The notes under the pieces were generated by a model. It saw only the letters and a program-made list of their open reading frames with translations, was not told the DNA's origin and ran no database searches. A stretch of 47,444 nucleotides of DNA from a virus (Duplodnaviria > Caudoviricetes): the IMG/VR virus record IMGVR_UViG_3300025140_000187, positions 1 through 47,444 of that record; one strand, given 5' to 3'. Positions 28,081-37,257 of this stretch are shown here, one piece after another (positions within the stretch are counted from its first letter, which is position 1; each line of letters opens with the position of its first letter). The translations under genes were made by a program, and so were the position numbers.

Positions 28081-28292
28081 CGCACACGCCGGGCCTCAAA
28101 CGCCCGGCGCAGCAGGTAGCTGCGCACCAGCGACACACCCGTAAAGATCAATCCGATCATCAGGTTCTGCGACAAGGTCGCATGCAACCCAAACAGCGGA
28201 AACACCAAATACTGAGTGGCCACCGCCACGATGTAGCCCACCAGCACGTTGGCCACCGACTCCACCAGGGACATCCAGCGCGACTGCATCAC
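28026..28292 (-). CDS. Small two-TM membrane protein
   Basis: 88 aa hydrophobic; coupled to methyltransferase stop. Confidence 0.65.
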   Translation of the reverse strand: MMQSRWMSLVESVANVLVGYIVAVATQYLVFPLFGLHATLSQNLMIGLIFTGVSLVRSYLLRRAFEARRVRQAKSSSSMAACTTNPVK

Positions 28293-29584
28293 GATTGGCC
28301 CTGATGTTCCTGGTCAACGTCGCCAGCATCACCAACGACAACTCCGGCCAAATCGTTGAAGCCAACGCCATCGCACTCGCGAGTGGCAAGTTTTCCGGTC
28401 CAGTCCTGCCAGCGCCGGACAATCACGTCGACATACTTTGGATCGAGTTCCATCAGGCGCGCCGTGCGGCCTGACTTCTCAGCGGCGATCAGGGTCGTGC
28501 CGGATCCGCCAAAGGGGTCAAGCACCACGTCGCCGGGTTTGCTGGAGTTACGAATCGCACGCTCCACCAACTCGACCGGCTTCATGGTCGGGTGCAAATC
28601 GTTCTTGTGGGGCTTTTTGATCTGCCACACATCGCTCTGGTCGCGGTCGCCGCACCAGTGATGCTTGCCGCCTTCGGGCCAGCCGTACAGAATCGGTTCG
28701 TACTGGCGCTGGTAGTCCGAGCGTCCCATGGTGAAGGTGTTCTTGGCCCAGATAATGAAAGTCGACCACTTACCACCAGCCTCGCGAAACGCTGCTTGCA
28801 GCACATCTAGTTCACTGGACGACATGGCAACGTACACCGCACCGGTGCAGTTGGCCATGATGGGTGTCAGTGCGGCCAGCAGGAAGTCATAAAACCCGTC
28901 GCCCAGGTTGTCGTTGAGGATGGCCCGGTCTTTGCCGCGCATTTTGTCCTTGGCGCTGTTGGCATAGTTGACGTTGTACGGCGGGTCGGTGACCGTCATG
29001 TCCACCTCTTTGCCTTGCAGCAACACGTCGTAGCTGGCAGCATCGGTGGCATCGCCACACAGCACACGGTGGCCACCAAGCAGCCATACGTCGCCAGGGC
29101 GCGAGATAACCGCCTCTTGCGACTCGGGTACCTCATCATCACCGGTTTGGCCAGTGTCGCCTTCCTCGCCCTCGAACAGGTCGGCCAGCGCGTCGGCATC
29201 AAAGCCGGTCAGCGATAAATCGAAATCGTCATCGCCCAGTGCATCAAGTTCTACCCGCAGCATCGCATCGTCCCACCCTGCGTTTTCAGCAATACGGTTG
29301 TCCGCAATGATCAGCGCGCGCCGCTGGGTGGGCGTCAGATGGTCGAGCACGACTACCGGCACAACTTCCAGACCGAGCTTTTGCGCCGCCGTCAATCTGC
29401 CGTGGCCCGCCACGATGATGCCGTCACTGCCAGCCAGAATGGGGTTGGTAAAGCCAAACTCAACGATGGACGCAGCGATTTGCGCCACTTGCTCTTCCGA
29501 ATGGGTGCGGGCATTTCTGGCGTAGGGCAGCAGTTTGCCGGTTGGCCACTGCTCGATTTTGTTGGCCAGCCAGGATGCGGTCAT
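28289..29584 (-). CDS. ParB-N-fused DNA methyltransferase (N6/N4 family, DPPY)
   Basis: NPIL...IVAGHGRL ParB motif; TDPPYN; HPTMKP; DPFGGSGTT. Confidence 0.92.
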   Translation of the reverse strand: MTASWLANKIEQWPTGKLLPYARNARTHSEEQVAQIAASIVEFGFTNPILAGSDGIIVAGHGRLTAAQKLGLEVVPVVVLDHLTPTQRRALIIADNRIAENAGWDDAMLRVELDALGDDDFDLSLTGFDADALADLFEGEEGDTGQTGDDEVPESQEAVISRPGDVWLLGGHRVLCGDATDAASYDVLLQGKEVDMTVTDPPYNVNYANSAKDKMRGKDRAILNDNLGDGFYDFLLAALTPIMANCTGAVYVAMSSSELDVLQAAFREAGGKWSTFIIWAKNTFTMGRSDYQRQYEPILYGWPEGGKHHWCGDRDQSDVWQIKKPHKNDLHPTMKPVELVERAIRNSSKPGDVVLDPFGGSGTTLIAAEKSGRTARLMELDPKYVDVIVRRWQDWTGKLATRECDGVGFNDLAGVVVGDAGDVDQEHQGQS

Positions 29585-31032
29585 GGATTTACCTCTGCGG
29601 ATTCAATTGTTGGGGTTGCTGGCACGAGTCGCTCTGTTACGACCGCCTTGAAGCTCTGGCCGGTCGCTGCGAGCGTCACCGGCACATCGGGGAAGTTTTG
29701 CTGGAAGCGAATGACGGCCACGTCTACGTACTGCGGCGCGATCTCCACCAATCGACACTTCCGACCGCTGCGCTGCGCCGCCAGCATCGTCGTGCCGCTG
29801 CCGCAAAAGGGTTCGAACACAATGTCGCCACCGTCTGAATAGGCTTCCAGAACGAACTGGGGCAGAGCCACCGGGAACACGGCCGGGTGATCAATGTCTT
29901 GGCCGATCTTGCCCTTGTGGCGCATGATGCGAATCACCGAGTCAGCAATCTTGGTGTCTTGTGTCAGCGTGCCGACATGGTTCCACGAAGTCTTGCTGCC
30001 ATCCTTGTTGCGCATGCCACCGGCGCTGGTGCCGTCGCCTCGCAGATGGGTGTCGCGACCAGCATAGATGCAGGGCACGTTCTTGTTCGGCCTGCGTACC
30101 TCGGAGTCCTTGCGATTGAAGTGAAACACGAACTCGAATGCTGGCGCGAAGCGACCGCTCCAGTCGCCCGGCAGGCCCGGGCCCTGGTCCCAAACGTACC
30201 AGCCAAAACGCCGCCAACCCTGCTGGCGCATCCATGACAGCCAGCCATCCCAGTACGGCATGACTTCCTGCTCGCGGTGGATAAGCCCCAGGTTGACCAG
30301 CACTTGACCAGTAGCAGCCATCGGCAGGTTGGCAAAGACGCTGCGCATCAAACCGTCCCAATCAACAATCGTGTCGGTGTAGTCGCGCTGGGTACCGTAG
30401 GGCGGCGACGTAAAACATAACGCAGCTTTTTCAGATTGCATCAGGGCGGCGACCACCGCTGAGTCACCGGCATCGCCACAGATCAGACGGTGCGCACCAA
30501 GCAGCCAGACATCACCGGTTCGGGATACCGGGTTGACCGGCGTGTCAGGAACCTCGTCACCAGCGTCTGGGGCATCGTCGGAATCATCATCGCCCGCCTG
30601 ATCGTCGTTGTTCCCACCGTCGATGTGCTCGGCCATCATGGCTTCGATCTCAGCGTCCTCAAAACCGGTGAGCGCCAGGTCGTAACCGGACTCACACAGC
30701 TCGGTGAGTTCGAGCGCCAGCATCTCTTCGTCCCACCCGGCATCGAGTGACAGGCGGTTGTCGGCGATCACGTAGGCGCGCTTCTGGGTGGGCGACAGGT
30801 GCCCCAGTTCAATGACCGGAACTTCCGTCAGGCCCAACTTGCGGGCAGCCGCCAGACGACCGTGTCCGGCGATCACGCCGCTGACACCATCGACCAGCAC
30901 CGGATTTGTCCAGCCAAACTCAGCTATGCTGGCGGCGATCTTGGCCACCTGCTCCTCGCTGTGGGTGCGAGGGTTGCGGGCAAACGGGATCAGCGCGTCA
31001 ACCTTGCGGTACTCGACGTTGAGAGGATTCAC
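29581..31032 (-). CDS. ParB-N-fused DNA methyltransferase (SPPY, N4-cytosine type)
   Basis: IAGHGRL ParB motif; TSPPY; HPAVFP; EPFCGSGTT. Confidence 0.92.
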   Translation of the reverse strand: MNPLNVEYRKVDALIPFARNPRTHSEEQVAKIAASIAEFGWTNPVLVDGVSGVIAGHGRLAAARKLGLTEVPVIELGHLSPTQKRAYVIADNRLSLDAGWDEEMLALELTELCESGYDLALTGFEDAEIEAMMAEHIDGGNNDDQAGDDDSDDAPDAGDEVPDTPVNPVSRTGDVWLLGAHRLICGDAGDSAVVAALMQSEKAALCFTSPPYGTQRDYTDTIVDWDGLMRSVFANLPMAATGQVLVNLGLIHREQEVMPYWDGWLSWMRQQGWRRFGWYVWDQGPGLPGDWSGRFAPAFEFVFHFNRKDSEVRRPNKNVPCIYAGRDTHLRGDGTSAGGMRNKDGSKTSWNHVGTLTQDTKIADSVIRIMRHKGKIGQDIDHPAVFPVALPQFVLEAYSDGGDIVFEPFCGSGTTMLAAQRSGRKCRLVEIAPQYVDVAVIRFQQNFPDVPVTLAATGQSFKAVVTERLVPATPTIESAEVNP

Positions 31033-31047
31033 GGGTTTGATGCTTCC

Positions 31048-31164
31048 AAAAAGATGCAGCCCGCACAGGTCTTTGAAAACCAGTGACGGGCTGCGAGGTG
31101 CGCCATCTCAAGCGCTGGAGTTGAATGAAAGAACCCGCCGTCAGATGTTGCTGAGGGCGGGTTC
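31048..31164 (-). terminator. Two tandem terminator-like hairpins in late leader
   Basis: GCAGCCCG(31056)/CGGGCTGC(31087) and GAACCCGCC(31131)/GGCGGGTTC(31156), each followed by U-rich sequence on the minus strand. Confidence 0.5.
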
Positions 31165-31243
31165 AGGAAAAGTCAGGATACGAAAACTTGGATGTCAGGT
31201 CGGCAAAGGGTGTGAATTGAATTCCCCCCCTTGTGTGCCAGGG

Positions 31244-31351
31244 TGCAAACCTGCCGCTGGTGCAAACCGCTGCAAACTCTGGTTTGCAGTCTGTCGGTGG
31301 GCGGGTCTTGCGCTGTTGCCCCCCGCATAGGATTTTCTGAAAGAAGGACCC
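31244..31351 (-). other. Candidate lambda-like cos packaging site
   Basis: GGGTCCT (lambda cosQ) at 31351-31345; TGCG-N11-CGCA dyad at 31309-31327; TGCAAAC at 31244, 31261, 31271 and inverted at 31282. Confidence 0.6.
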
Positions 31352-31562
31352 CTTTTACCTGGAGCGCAGTGGCTAATTTCCAACTGATCACCAGCGGTTT
31401 TCTCCATCCATAGCCGTAAATATACCTAAAAACAGGCTGGATGTTTCACACCAATTTGCAGCCAAAAGGGACAAACTCCAAATCAAAGGACAGAGTGCCA
31501 AAGCATTACCCTACGTGACCCAATAGCTCGGATGATTTGTTGCGAATTTGTGGCTTACCGGG

Positions 31563-31961
31563 TTACTTTTTGCGGCTTTCGTTGAGCTTTTCTGCCATCA
31601 ATGCCATGGCCTGATTCCAATGCCGCCATGCGGTTGACCTTCCGATGGCAAAGCGTGTGCAGATATCACGCCAGCCGTACCGCTTGGCACGCATCCAGAC
31701 CAGGTGGCGCTGCTCGACCTCAAGCCACTGCACCCAGAGCATGACCTCAAGCATGTCCTCAACGTCCTTCGGTGATGGAGGGAAGCGACAGACCATACGC
31801 TCATCGGTGGCCAGCATCTCCCACTGGCAGCGCACGATGGTGGGCCACGCATTGAAGTAGCCCTGCACATTGGCTGAGGGCAGTCGCCTGGCCGTGACCG
31901 CAGCGTCCTCAAAACGATTGGCCACGTCGTCTGGTGTCCATGGTGTGATGCGCTCAGCCAT
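31563..31961 (-). CDS. Putative late transcription regulator (DUF6362-like, C-terminal sigma-region-4-like HTH)
   Basis: ATG 31961; GWRDICTRFAIGRSTAWRHW HTH; position equivalent to lambda Q. Confidence 0.65.
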   Translation of the reverse strand: MAERITPWTPDDVANRFEDAAVTARRLPSANVQGYFNAWPTIVRCQWEMLATDERMVCRFPPSPKDVEDMLEVMLWVQWLEVEQRHLVWMRAKRYGWRDICTRFAIGRSTAWRHWNQAMALMAEKLNESRKK

Positions 31962-32163
31962 GACGAGTCCTTGGTGTGCCGTACAGACGCTCGCCGATGC
32001 GTCGCACCAGTTCACGCTCGAGGTAGTCCAGCCGCTTGTCCTCAGCGTTGACCACCAGGATGTTTTGGTCACGCCAGCCGCGTTCCTTGACGGCGTCCAG
32101 GTCTGTGACGGTTGGCTGCAAGCGACCCAGGGGGCATTGGTAGTGTTGGGTGGGTACTTTCAC
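31954..32163 (-). CDS. Hypothetical protein
   Basis: GTG start 32163 after GGAGG; overlaps next gene. Confidence 0.6.
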   Translation of the reverse strand: MKVPTQHYQCPLGRLQPTVTDLDAVKERGWRDQNILVVNAEDKRLDYLERELVRRIGERLYGTPRTRHG

Positions 32164-32164
32164 G

Positions 32165-32629
32165 TCACACCTCCTGAGTGTCGATGGCCCAGTGCAGGAT
32201 GGCCAGGGCATCGGCTTCGTTGTCGTCCGTGACGGGGTGACCAAGGGCACGCATGGCAGCAATGACTTCTGCCTTGCCTGCGTTGCCTTTGCCTGTGGCG
32301 TGCTTCTTGATCGTGCCCACTGGCACGCCTTGGTACGGGATGCGGTGGTGCTCGCACCAAGTGGTGAGAGTGGCCATCAAACCGCCGTAGACGTGGGCGG
32401 CATCCACGCCAACGTGGCGGCGCACCTCCTCGAAGTACACGGCGTTGATCTCGCCCGTGATGTTCTTGAGTTCTGCCAGCCAGTGTTTGAAACGCAGGTA
32501 GCGCATGCCACCGCCTTCGAAACGCTGGGACTTGAAGCTGACAAAGCCGTGGGCGGTTGGTCCGTTTTGTGAACGTAGTGCCCAGCCAGTGGTGGTGCCC
32601 AAGTCCAGGGTCAGGATGGTGGTGTTCAT
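32165..32629 (-). CDS. RuvC-like Holliday junction resolvase
   Basis: LDLGTTTG, YFEEV, KKHATGKGNAGK, DDNEADALA. Confidence 0.8.
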   Translation of the reverse strand: MNTTILTLDLGTTTGWALRSQNGPTAHGFVSFKSQRFEGGGMRYLRFKHWLAELKNITGEINAVYFEEVRRHVGVDAAHVYGGLMATLTTWCEHHRIPYQGVPVGTIKKHATGKGNAGKAEVIAAMRALGHPVTDDNEADALAILHWAIDTQEV

Positions 32630-32907
32630 TTTGCAACTCCGCTTTTGAGCGAGATGCCACGAAAAGCACGAGCCTTACCCGAACTCACCACGCAGCGCTG
32701 CAATCCAAGGTGACCCAACACCAATGACAGACAGCGCGCAGACGAGGCAAAGCAGTCGTTGGCAGCGCTCCAGGTCAGCCAATCAGCGTGCAGTTCAGAA
32801 AACCGGGTTGTTGCGCGGTCGTCCAGATCGCAGTTGACTGTGAGCCACTGCTGCATATCGCGTGCGGTGCGCGTATCAGTCGCCAATGCATTTTCAAGAT
32901 TTTTCAT
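32626..32907 (-). CDS. Stand-alone primase C-terminal (winged-helix-like) domain protein
   Basis: ATG 32907 after AGGA; aligns by eye with last ~75 aa of the primase. Confidence 0.6.
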   Translation of the reverse strand: MKNLENALATDTRTARDMQQWLTVNCDLDDRATTRFSELHADWLTWSAANDCFASSARCLSLVLGHLGLQRCVVSSGKARAFRGISLKSGVAK

Positions 32908-32987
32908 ATCGATTCCTGTTGTTGGGCAAGGCACGCAGCTGTGCTGTGCCTGCATTTCAAAGTTGCAATTCAGGTCGGTTTTTCCAT

Positions 32988-33110
32988 TCCGACGTAGTCG
33001 ACACATCTCAGGGTTAACTTCCATGACCTGCGCGTCACGCCTCGCGTGAGGAACTAACCGTTGGCTGCGCCGACTACGTCGGATTGATGCCAAACCGACA
33101 CAGCCGACGC
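32988..33110. promoter_or_regulatory. Candidate replication origin (long imperfect inverted repeat, CCGAC/CGAC iterons)
   Basis: Perfect 13-bp IR TCCGACGTAGTCG (32988)/CGACTACGTCGGA (33071), directly downstream of primase. Confidence 0.45.
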
Positions 33111-33179
33111 TGGTATCGAGTGCGTAAAACACCGTTACCAAAGGCTGCTTTCGAGCGTTCTTTCGCTGCGTCATAGGTG

Positions 33180-35492
33180 TCAGTTGTCCGCGTAAGGTGT
33201 GTAATTGGGGCGTGACTGCTGCGCCAAGCCCAACCCCTGGTAGCCGCGAACACCGGCTGAGTTGCGCCACTTTTCCAATCCGCGTGTGAGCAGCAGGTCA
33301 GAGAACCGGCGCTGGGAGCCAACAAACTCACCTGCTGCCTCTGCCCACTGCTTCCAATCGGCAAACAACTCGGTGGTGAGAGATCTGGCACTGTTGACCC
33401 GCACACAGCGTTCCTCCAGCCATCGCCCCAGGGCATCTTCTGACTCGAAATACTCCTTGGTCGCACTGACGACACTCTCGGGAGCAATCAGCCCCTCGCG
33501 TTGCCAGGCCAGGCAACCCTGCACGCCCCACTCAAAGATGGCGTTGCGCTCGACCAAGAGCTTCGCTTGAAGCTGCTTATCGCGTTTTTCTGGCGGCACA
33601 GTGATCGTGAACGGGATCAGGTGCAAGCGCCTGCGCATGGCCTCATCGATGTTGCGAATGGCCGGTTTGTGATTGCCCGCGATAACCAGCTTGAACTGCG
33701 GCAGGTAGGTGAAGAAGTCCTGGCGCATGAAACGCGCAGACACCCGGTCGCCACCGGTGATCTCCTTGATCTTGGACTCGTTCCAGCGCCGCCCCTGTTC
33801 AGTCTCGGTCGCCCCGACAAAGCGCGCACCACGCAGGCCTGCCAGATCGGTAGGGTGGCGGTCACCGCGCGACTCCATGAACGTGTCCATGGGCGCGTTG
33901 GCCGCGTAGTCGCCCATCAGGGTGAAGATGGTGTTAACGAACACCGACTTGCCGTTGGCACCGGTGCCATACAGAAAGAACAGAGCGTGCTCCTGGGTGG
34001 AGCCTGTCATGCAGTAGCCGAACACCTTCTGGAGGTAGTGAATTTGTGCCGCATCACCCCCGGTCACATCGGCCAGAAACGCCATCCAGTTGGGACAGGT
34101 GCTGCCCGGCTGAATCGTGGCCGTGCAGATTTTGGTCATGCGGTCACCACGATCATGGGCGCGCATCCTGCCGGTGCGCAGATCAACCACGCCACCGGGC
34201 GTGTTAATCGACCACTCGTCGGCATCCCACTCGTCCGTGGTGCCCGCGTGCTTGCGGTCTGCCCGGGCCAGTCGCTCGACACCGCTGATGGTGCCCGAAG
34301 CTGCCAGTTTGGCCGCAAGCTTGGGGTTATCCGACTTGAGCGATGCGAAACGACAGACATGGCGCACCAGATCGGATGCTGCCAAGGTGTCCTCACTGCG
34401 CCAGCGCTGGCCATCCCACATCAGCCATTTACCCCACGCCGCAACGTAACGCCAGTCGTTTTGATAGCGGTTGGTAAAGCTCAGTGCCAGCGCGTCTTCG
34501 CTGCCCCACACGGTCGCGTCCTGGTGGTCACCACCCCGGTCTGCGAGTTCATTGCCGTGGCTGTTGGCACCGATGTCCGGCAAATGCACCGCCAGGTTCG
34601 GACCGGTGGCCAGCATTTCTCTCACGTTCATGCCTTCGTCCACCGCATCGGCACTGTCCCAACCATCTGCTTTGTCCTCTGGCGGGTACAGGATGACGCA
34701 ACTGGTGGCCTTGGCTGCCAAGATGGCCTGTGCTGCGTTTTCAGCATACGTCCAGCCGGGCTTGTCCTTGTCTGGCCAGATGATCACGGCTTTGCCAGCC
34801 AGCGGTGACCAGTCGGTTTTATCGACCGGCGCGTTGGCTCCGTGCATGGCGGTGGTGGCGCAGATACCCGCATCGATCAGGGCTTTGGCGCACTTTTCAC
34901 CTTCGACCACCACCACCCGATCTGACTTGAGCATGCCGGGCTGGTTGTAGAGTGGCCGTGGATCGGGCGGTGCTGCCTTTTTGCGCTTGACATCCCACGG
35001 ACGGAATTCCTTCTTCTGCCCTGGCGGGTCATAGCGGTACACGATGGCGATCAGCTTGCCATCAGCATCCTGATACTCCCATTTGGCAGTCGCTGGCCCG
35101 AGATCGTCCATGGGAGGCTCGGCCTTGCGTTTGCGCGTTGCCTCCTGCGGCACTTTGCCGACCAGTTGCGCCGCAAAGCTCAGCACCTTGGCAAAGTCAG
35201 AATGCACGTTGAGGGCCAAGTGGCCGGAAATCAAGTCAAAGATGTCACCGCCCTGACCAGTCGCACGATCTGTCCAGAGACCTGCCTTATCGCCGGTGAC
35301 CACGATCTCCAGACTGTCTCCCGGGCTGCCCAGGATGTCGCCGACCAGGAACTTGCCTCGCTTGACCTTGCCAGCGGGAAACATGGCCATTAGCACCGAC
35401 TCCAACCGCTGCAGCAAGCTGGCGCGAATCTCTTCGCGGTTGCCATCGGTGGACGGGGTTGGTGCCGGCGTCACATCGTTAAAGTCCATCAT
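33180..35492 (-). CDS. Toprim primase - D5/P4-type SF3 helicase
   Basis: VVVEGEK and WPDKD Toprim motifs; GTGANGKS Walker A; ITGGDRVSARFMRQDFF. Confidence 0.92.
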   Translation of the reverse strand: MMDFNDVTPAPTPSTDGNREEIRASLLQRLESVLMAMFPAGKVKRGKFLVGDILGSPGDSLEIVVTGDKAGLWTDRATGQGGDIFDLISGHLALNVHSDFAKVLSFAAQLVGKVPQEATRKRKAEPPMDDLGPATAKWEYQDADGKLIAIVYRYDPPGQKKEFRPWDVKRKKAAPPDPRPLYNQPGMLKSDRVVVVEGEKCAKALIDAGICATTAMHGANAPVDKTDWSPLAGKAVIIWPDKDKPGWTYAENAAQAILAAKATSCVILYPPEDKADGWDSADAVDEGMNVREMLATGPNLAVHLPDIGANSHGNELADRGGDHQDATVWGSEDALALSFTNRYQNDWRYVAAWGKWLMWDGQRWRSEDTLAASDLVRHVCRFASLKSDNPKLAAKLAASGTISGVERLARADRKHAGTTDEWDADEWSINTPGGVVDLRTGRMRAHDRGDRMTKICTATIQPGSTCPNWMAFLADVTGGDAAQIHYLQKVFGYCMTGSTQEHALFFLYGTGANGKSVFVNTIFTLMGDYAANAPMDTFMESRGDRHPTDLAGLRGARFVGATETEQGRRWNESKIKEITGGDRVSARFMRQDFFTYLPQFKLVIAGNHKPAIRNIDEAMRRRLHLIPFTITVPPEKRDKQLQAKLLVERNAIFEWGVQGCLAWQREGLIAPESVVSATKEYFESEDALGRWLEERCVRVNSARSLTTELFADWKQWAEAAGEFVGSQRRFSDLLLTRGLEKWRNSAGVRGYQGLGLAQQSRPNYTPYADN

Positions 35493-35742
35493 GACTGACA
35501 CCCTCCGACTTTTGGACATCGGTGTCAGAGTCGCCAGCGGCGCTGCTGTGTGCCGCCCAAGTGCTCAGCTCATTCATCCGAAAGCGAACCAAGCCGCCCA
35601 ATAGGTAATGCGGAATGCGGTGCTTGGCTCGCATCTTGGGGTCGGCAAACCAGTACAGAGGCAGCCGCAGCGCGCACGCGGCCTGCTTGGCATCGACCAT
35701 GGGCTCGGCATCAATTTGGAATTCGTTTTGTGTTGTGTTCAT
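35479..35742 (-). CDS. Small HTH DNA-binding (excisionase-like) protein
   Basis: ATG 35742; IPHYLLGGLVRFRMNELSTW. Confidence 0.7.
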   Translation of the reverse strand: MNTTQNEFQIDAEPMVDAKQAACALRLPLYWFADPKMRAKHRIPHYLLGGLVRFRMNELSTWAAHSSAAGDSDTDVQKSEGVSHDGL

Positions 35743-36488
35743 TGGGTTGTCCTCCAGCAGCGGTCTTGCCACGCGCAAAACTTGCATTCAAAGTGGGTGG
35801 CATCAAGGTAGGCGCGCGGCAACAGTTCTCCTGCCTCAGTGGCGGCAATGACCTTCACGCCCCGGTCGGACATGCGCTGGGCCAGCGCCGCATCGAACGG
35901 CACCAACTCGGCGTAGATGTCCATCGTGTCGGCGTTGACCGCTGTGAAGATGGCCGGGTTCTCGTGCAACTCCAGGTAAGCCTGGTAGATGGCCACTTGG
36001 GCGGCGTAGACCGGCTTGGAGACCGCGAGCTTGTTTTTCTCCAAGTCGCGCCAGGATTTGGAGCCCAGGCACTTGTTTTCCCAAAGCGCCGGGTACGCGA
36101 ATCCATCGGGCCCACCGACAAAGACACCATCAATGTGCCCCTGCAAGCGACCGTCGGCCGTTGAAAACCCAAACTGCTCGATTGATCCGTCAGGGAGGGT
36201 TTTGTGGGTGCGCAGATCGAACCCGGCTGCCCGCAGCCACGCGACCATGCTGTCCTCGTTGACGTGCCCACGCTCAAAGATGCGCAGAATCCGACCCTGC
36301 GTTTCCCGTCCCGGGTCCACCGGCGCTTGGGCATACTCGTATTGCAGCGCGCGCTCGCACGACACGCCCAGACGGGATGCACCCAGATACTGGCGGGATT
36401 TCTCCTTTGACCGGGTCTTTTTCAGACCCAGATCGATCAGCGTGCTGATCTGACCACTGACGCTCGTTGATGAGTTGAAGTCCATCAT
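35739..36488 (-). CDS. PD-(D/E)XK exonuclease, Cas4-like Cys cluster
   Basis: SCER, GHIDG, WENK, QVAIY, CKFCAWQDRC. Confidence 0.8.
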   Translation of the reverse strand: MMDFNSSTSVSGQISTLIDLGLKKTRSKEKSRQYLGASRLGVSCERALQYEYAQAPVDPGRETQGRILRIFERGHVNEDSMVAWLRAAGFDLRTHKTLPDGSIEQFGFSTADGRLQGHIDGVFVGGPDGFAYPALWENKCLGSKSWRDLEKNKLAVSKPVYAAQVAIYQAYLELHENPAIFTAVNADTMDIYAELVPFDAALAQRMSDRGVKVIAATEAGELLPRAYLDATHFECKFCAWQDRCWRTTQ

Positions 36489-36973
36489 TTGGCATCCTCC
36501 CAGGGCAGGTCGCTTTCCATGTCGGCAAACGGATTGGCTACCAAATTTGCCATGGGGTCCGCAACTTCAGGCAGACCACGCACCGGTGGGTACTTGGACT
36601 TTTCGTGGTGCTCAACCATGGCCTGCGTAAAGCAGGTCACGATGGAGTCGATCACCTTCAACGCTTCTGATTCAGAATAGTCACCCAGTGGTTTTGTGAA
36701 CCCAACTGCCCCGGCTGCTTCGCCGAAGGCCTTGAGGCACTTGACCATGGCGTTTTTCTCAACTTCAGAGAGATTGACCATGGCCACCCCCTTGGAGTCG
36801 ACGAGGTCGTCCTTCAATCTGACCCAGTTGCCGTACATGGCGTGAAACGCTTTTTGACAGCGTTCGGAACAAAAGACCCAGTCCAGCGGGTAGCGCTGGG
36901 GATGGCCCGTGCGGTGCCGGTTGTCGGTATGACCGTACCCCCGGGCTTGACGTGAGCAGACCCAGCATTTCAT
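36485..36973 (-). CDS. DUF6511-like Zn-finger protein
   Basis: MKCWVC...FCSERC; acidic DLPW tail. Confidence 0.6.
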   Translation of the reverse strand: MKCWVCSRQARGYGHTDNRHRTGHPQRYPLDWVFCSERCQKAFHAMYGNWVRLKDDLVDSKGVAMVNLSEVEKNAMVKCLKAFGEAAGAVGFTKPLGDYSESEALKVIDSIVTCFTQAMVEHHEKSKYPPVRGLPEVADPMANLVANPFADMESDLPWEDAK

Positions 36974-37245
36974 CGCCTGCCTTTCTTCTTGCAATGGACA
37001 AGACGCTCGTTGACCGGGCGACGGCCTTCGGTATAGCCGTCGCAGTCAACAAAGAAGCGGGTTTTGGCGTGCAGGCAGCGGCACTGCTTGATCATCTGGT
37101 GCTGGTACGCACGGGTGCAGTCGGTGCAGTAGTCGCTGTCACCAGCCCTGGTCTTGATGGCATAAGTGCGCCACTGCTGGTACTGCGACGCATCGCTGAA
37201 GCAGCCCGGGTGGTAGGCCTGCACTGTATGTAAAGAGGCATTCAT
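36970..37245 (-). CDS. Cys-rich hypothetical protein
   Basis: 91 aa, CTDC and CRC; AAGGAG RBS; 4-bp overlap with next gene. Confidence 0.55.
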   Translation of the reverse strand: MNASLHTVQAYHPGCFSDASQYQQWRTYAIKTRAGDSDYCTDCTRAYQHQMIKQCRCLHAKTRFFVDCDGYTEGRRPVNERLVHCKKKGRR

Positions 37246-37257
37246 GGCTGGTGCTCC

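Noticed and set aside
31380-31560. tRNA or ncRNA after the late regulator
   Set aside because: No cloverleaf or T-loop consensus visible; likely late promoter region, exact elements not supportable
32908-33270. 214-aa version of ORF 32626-33270
   Set aside because: The extension overlaps the primase end and crosses the inverted-repeat region; ATG 32907 has an RBS and begins the recognisable domain
35739-36488. Cas4 as part of a CRISPR-Cas system
   Set aside because: Lies in a phage recombination/replication operon; solo Cas4-like nucleases are common in phages
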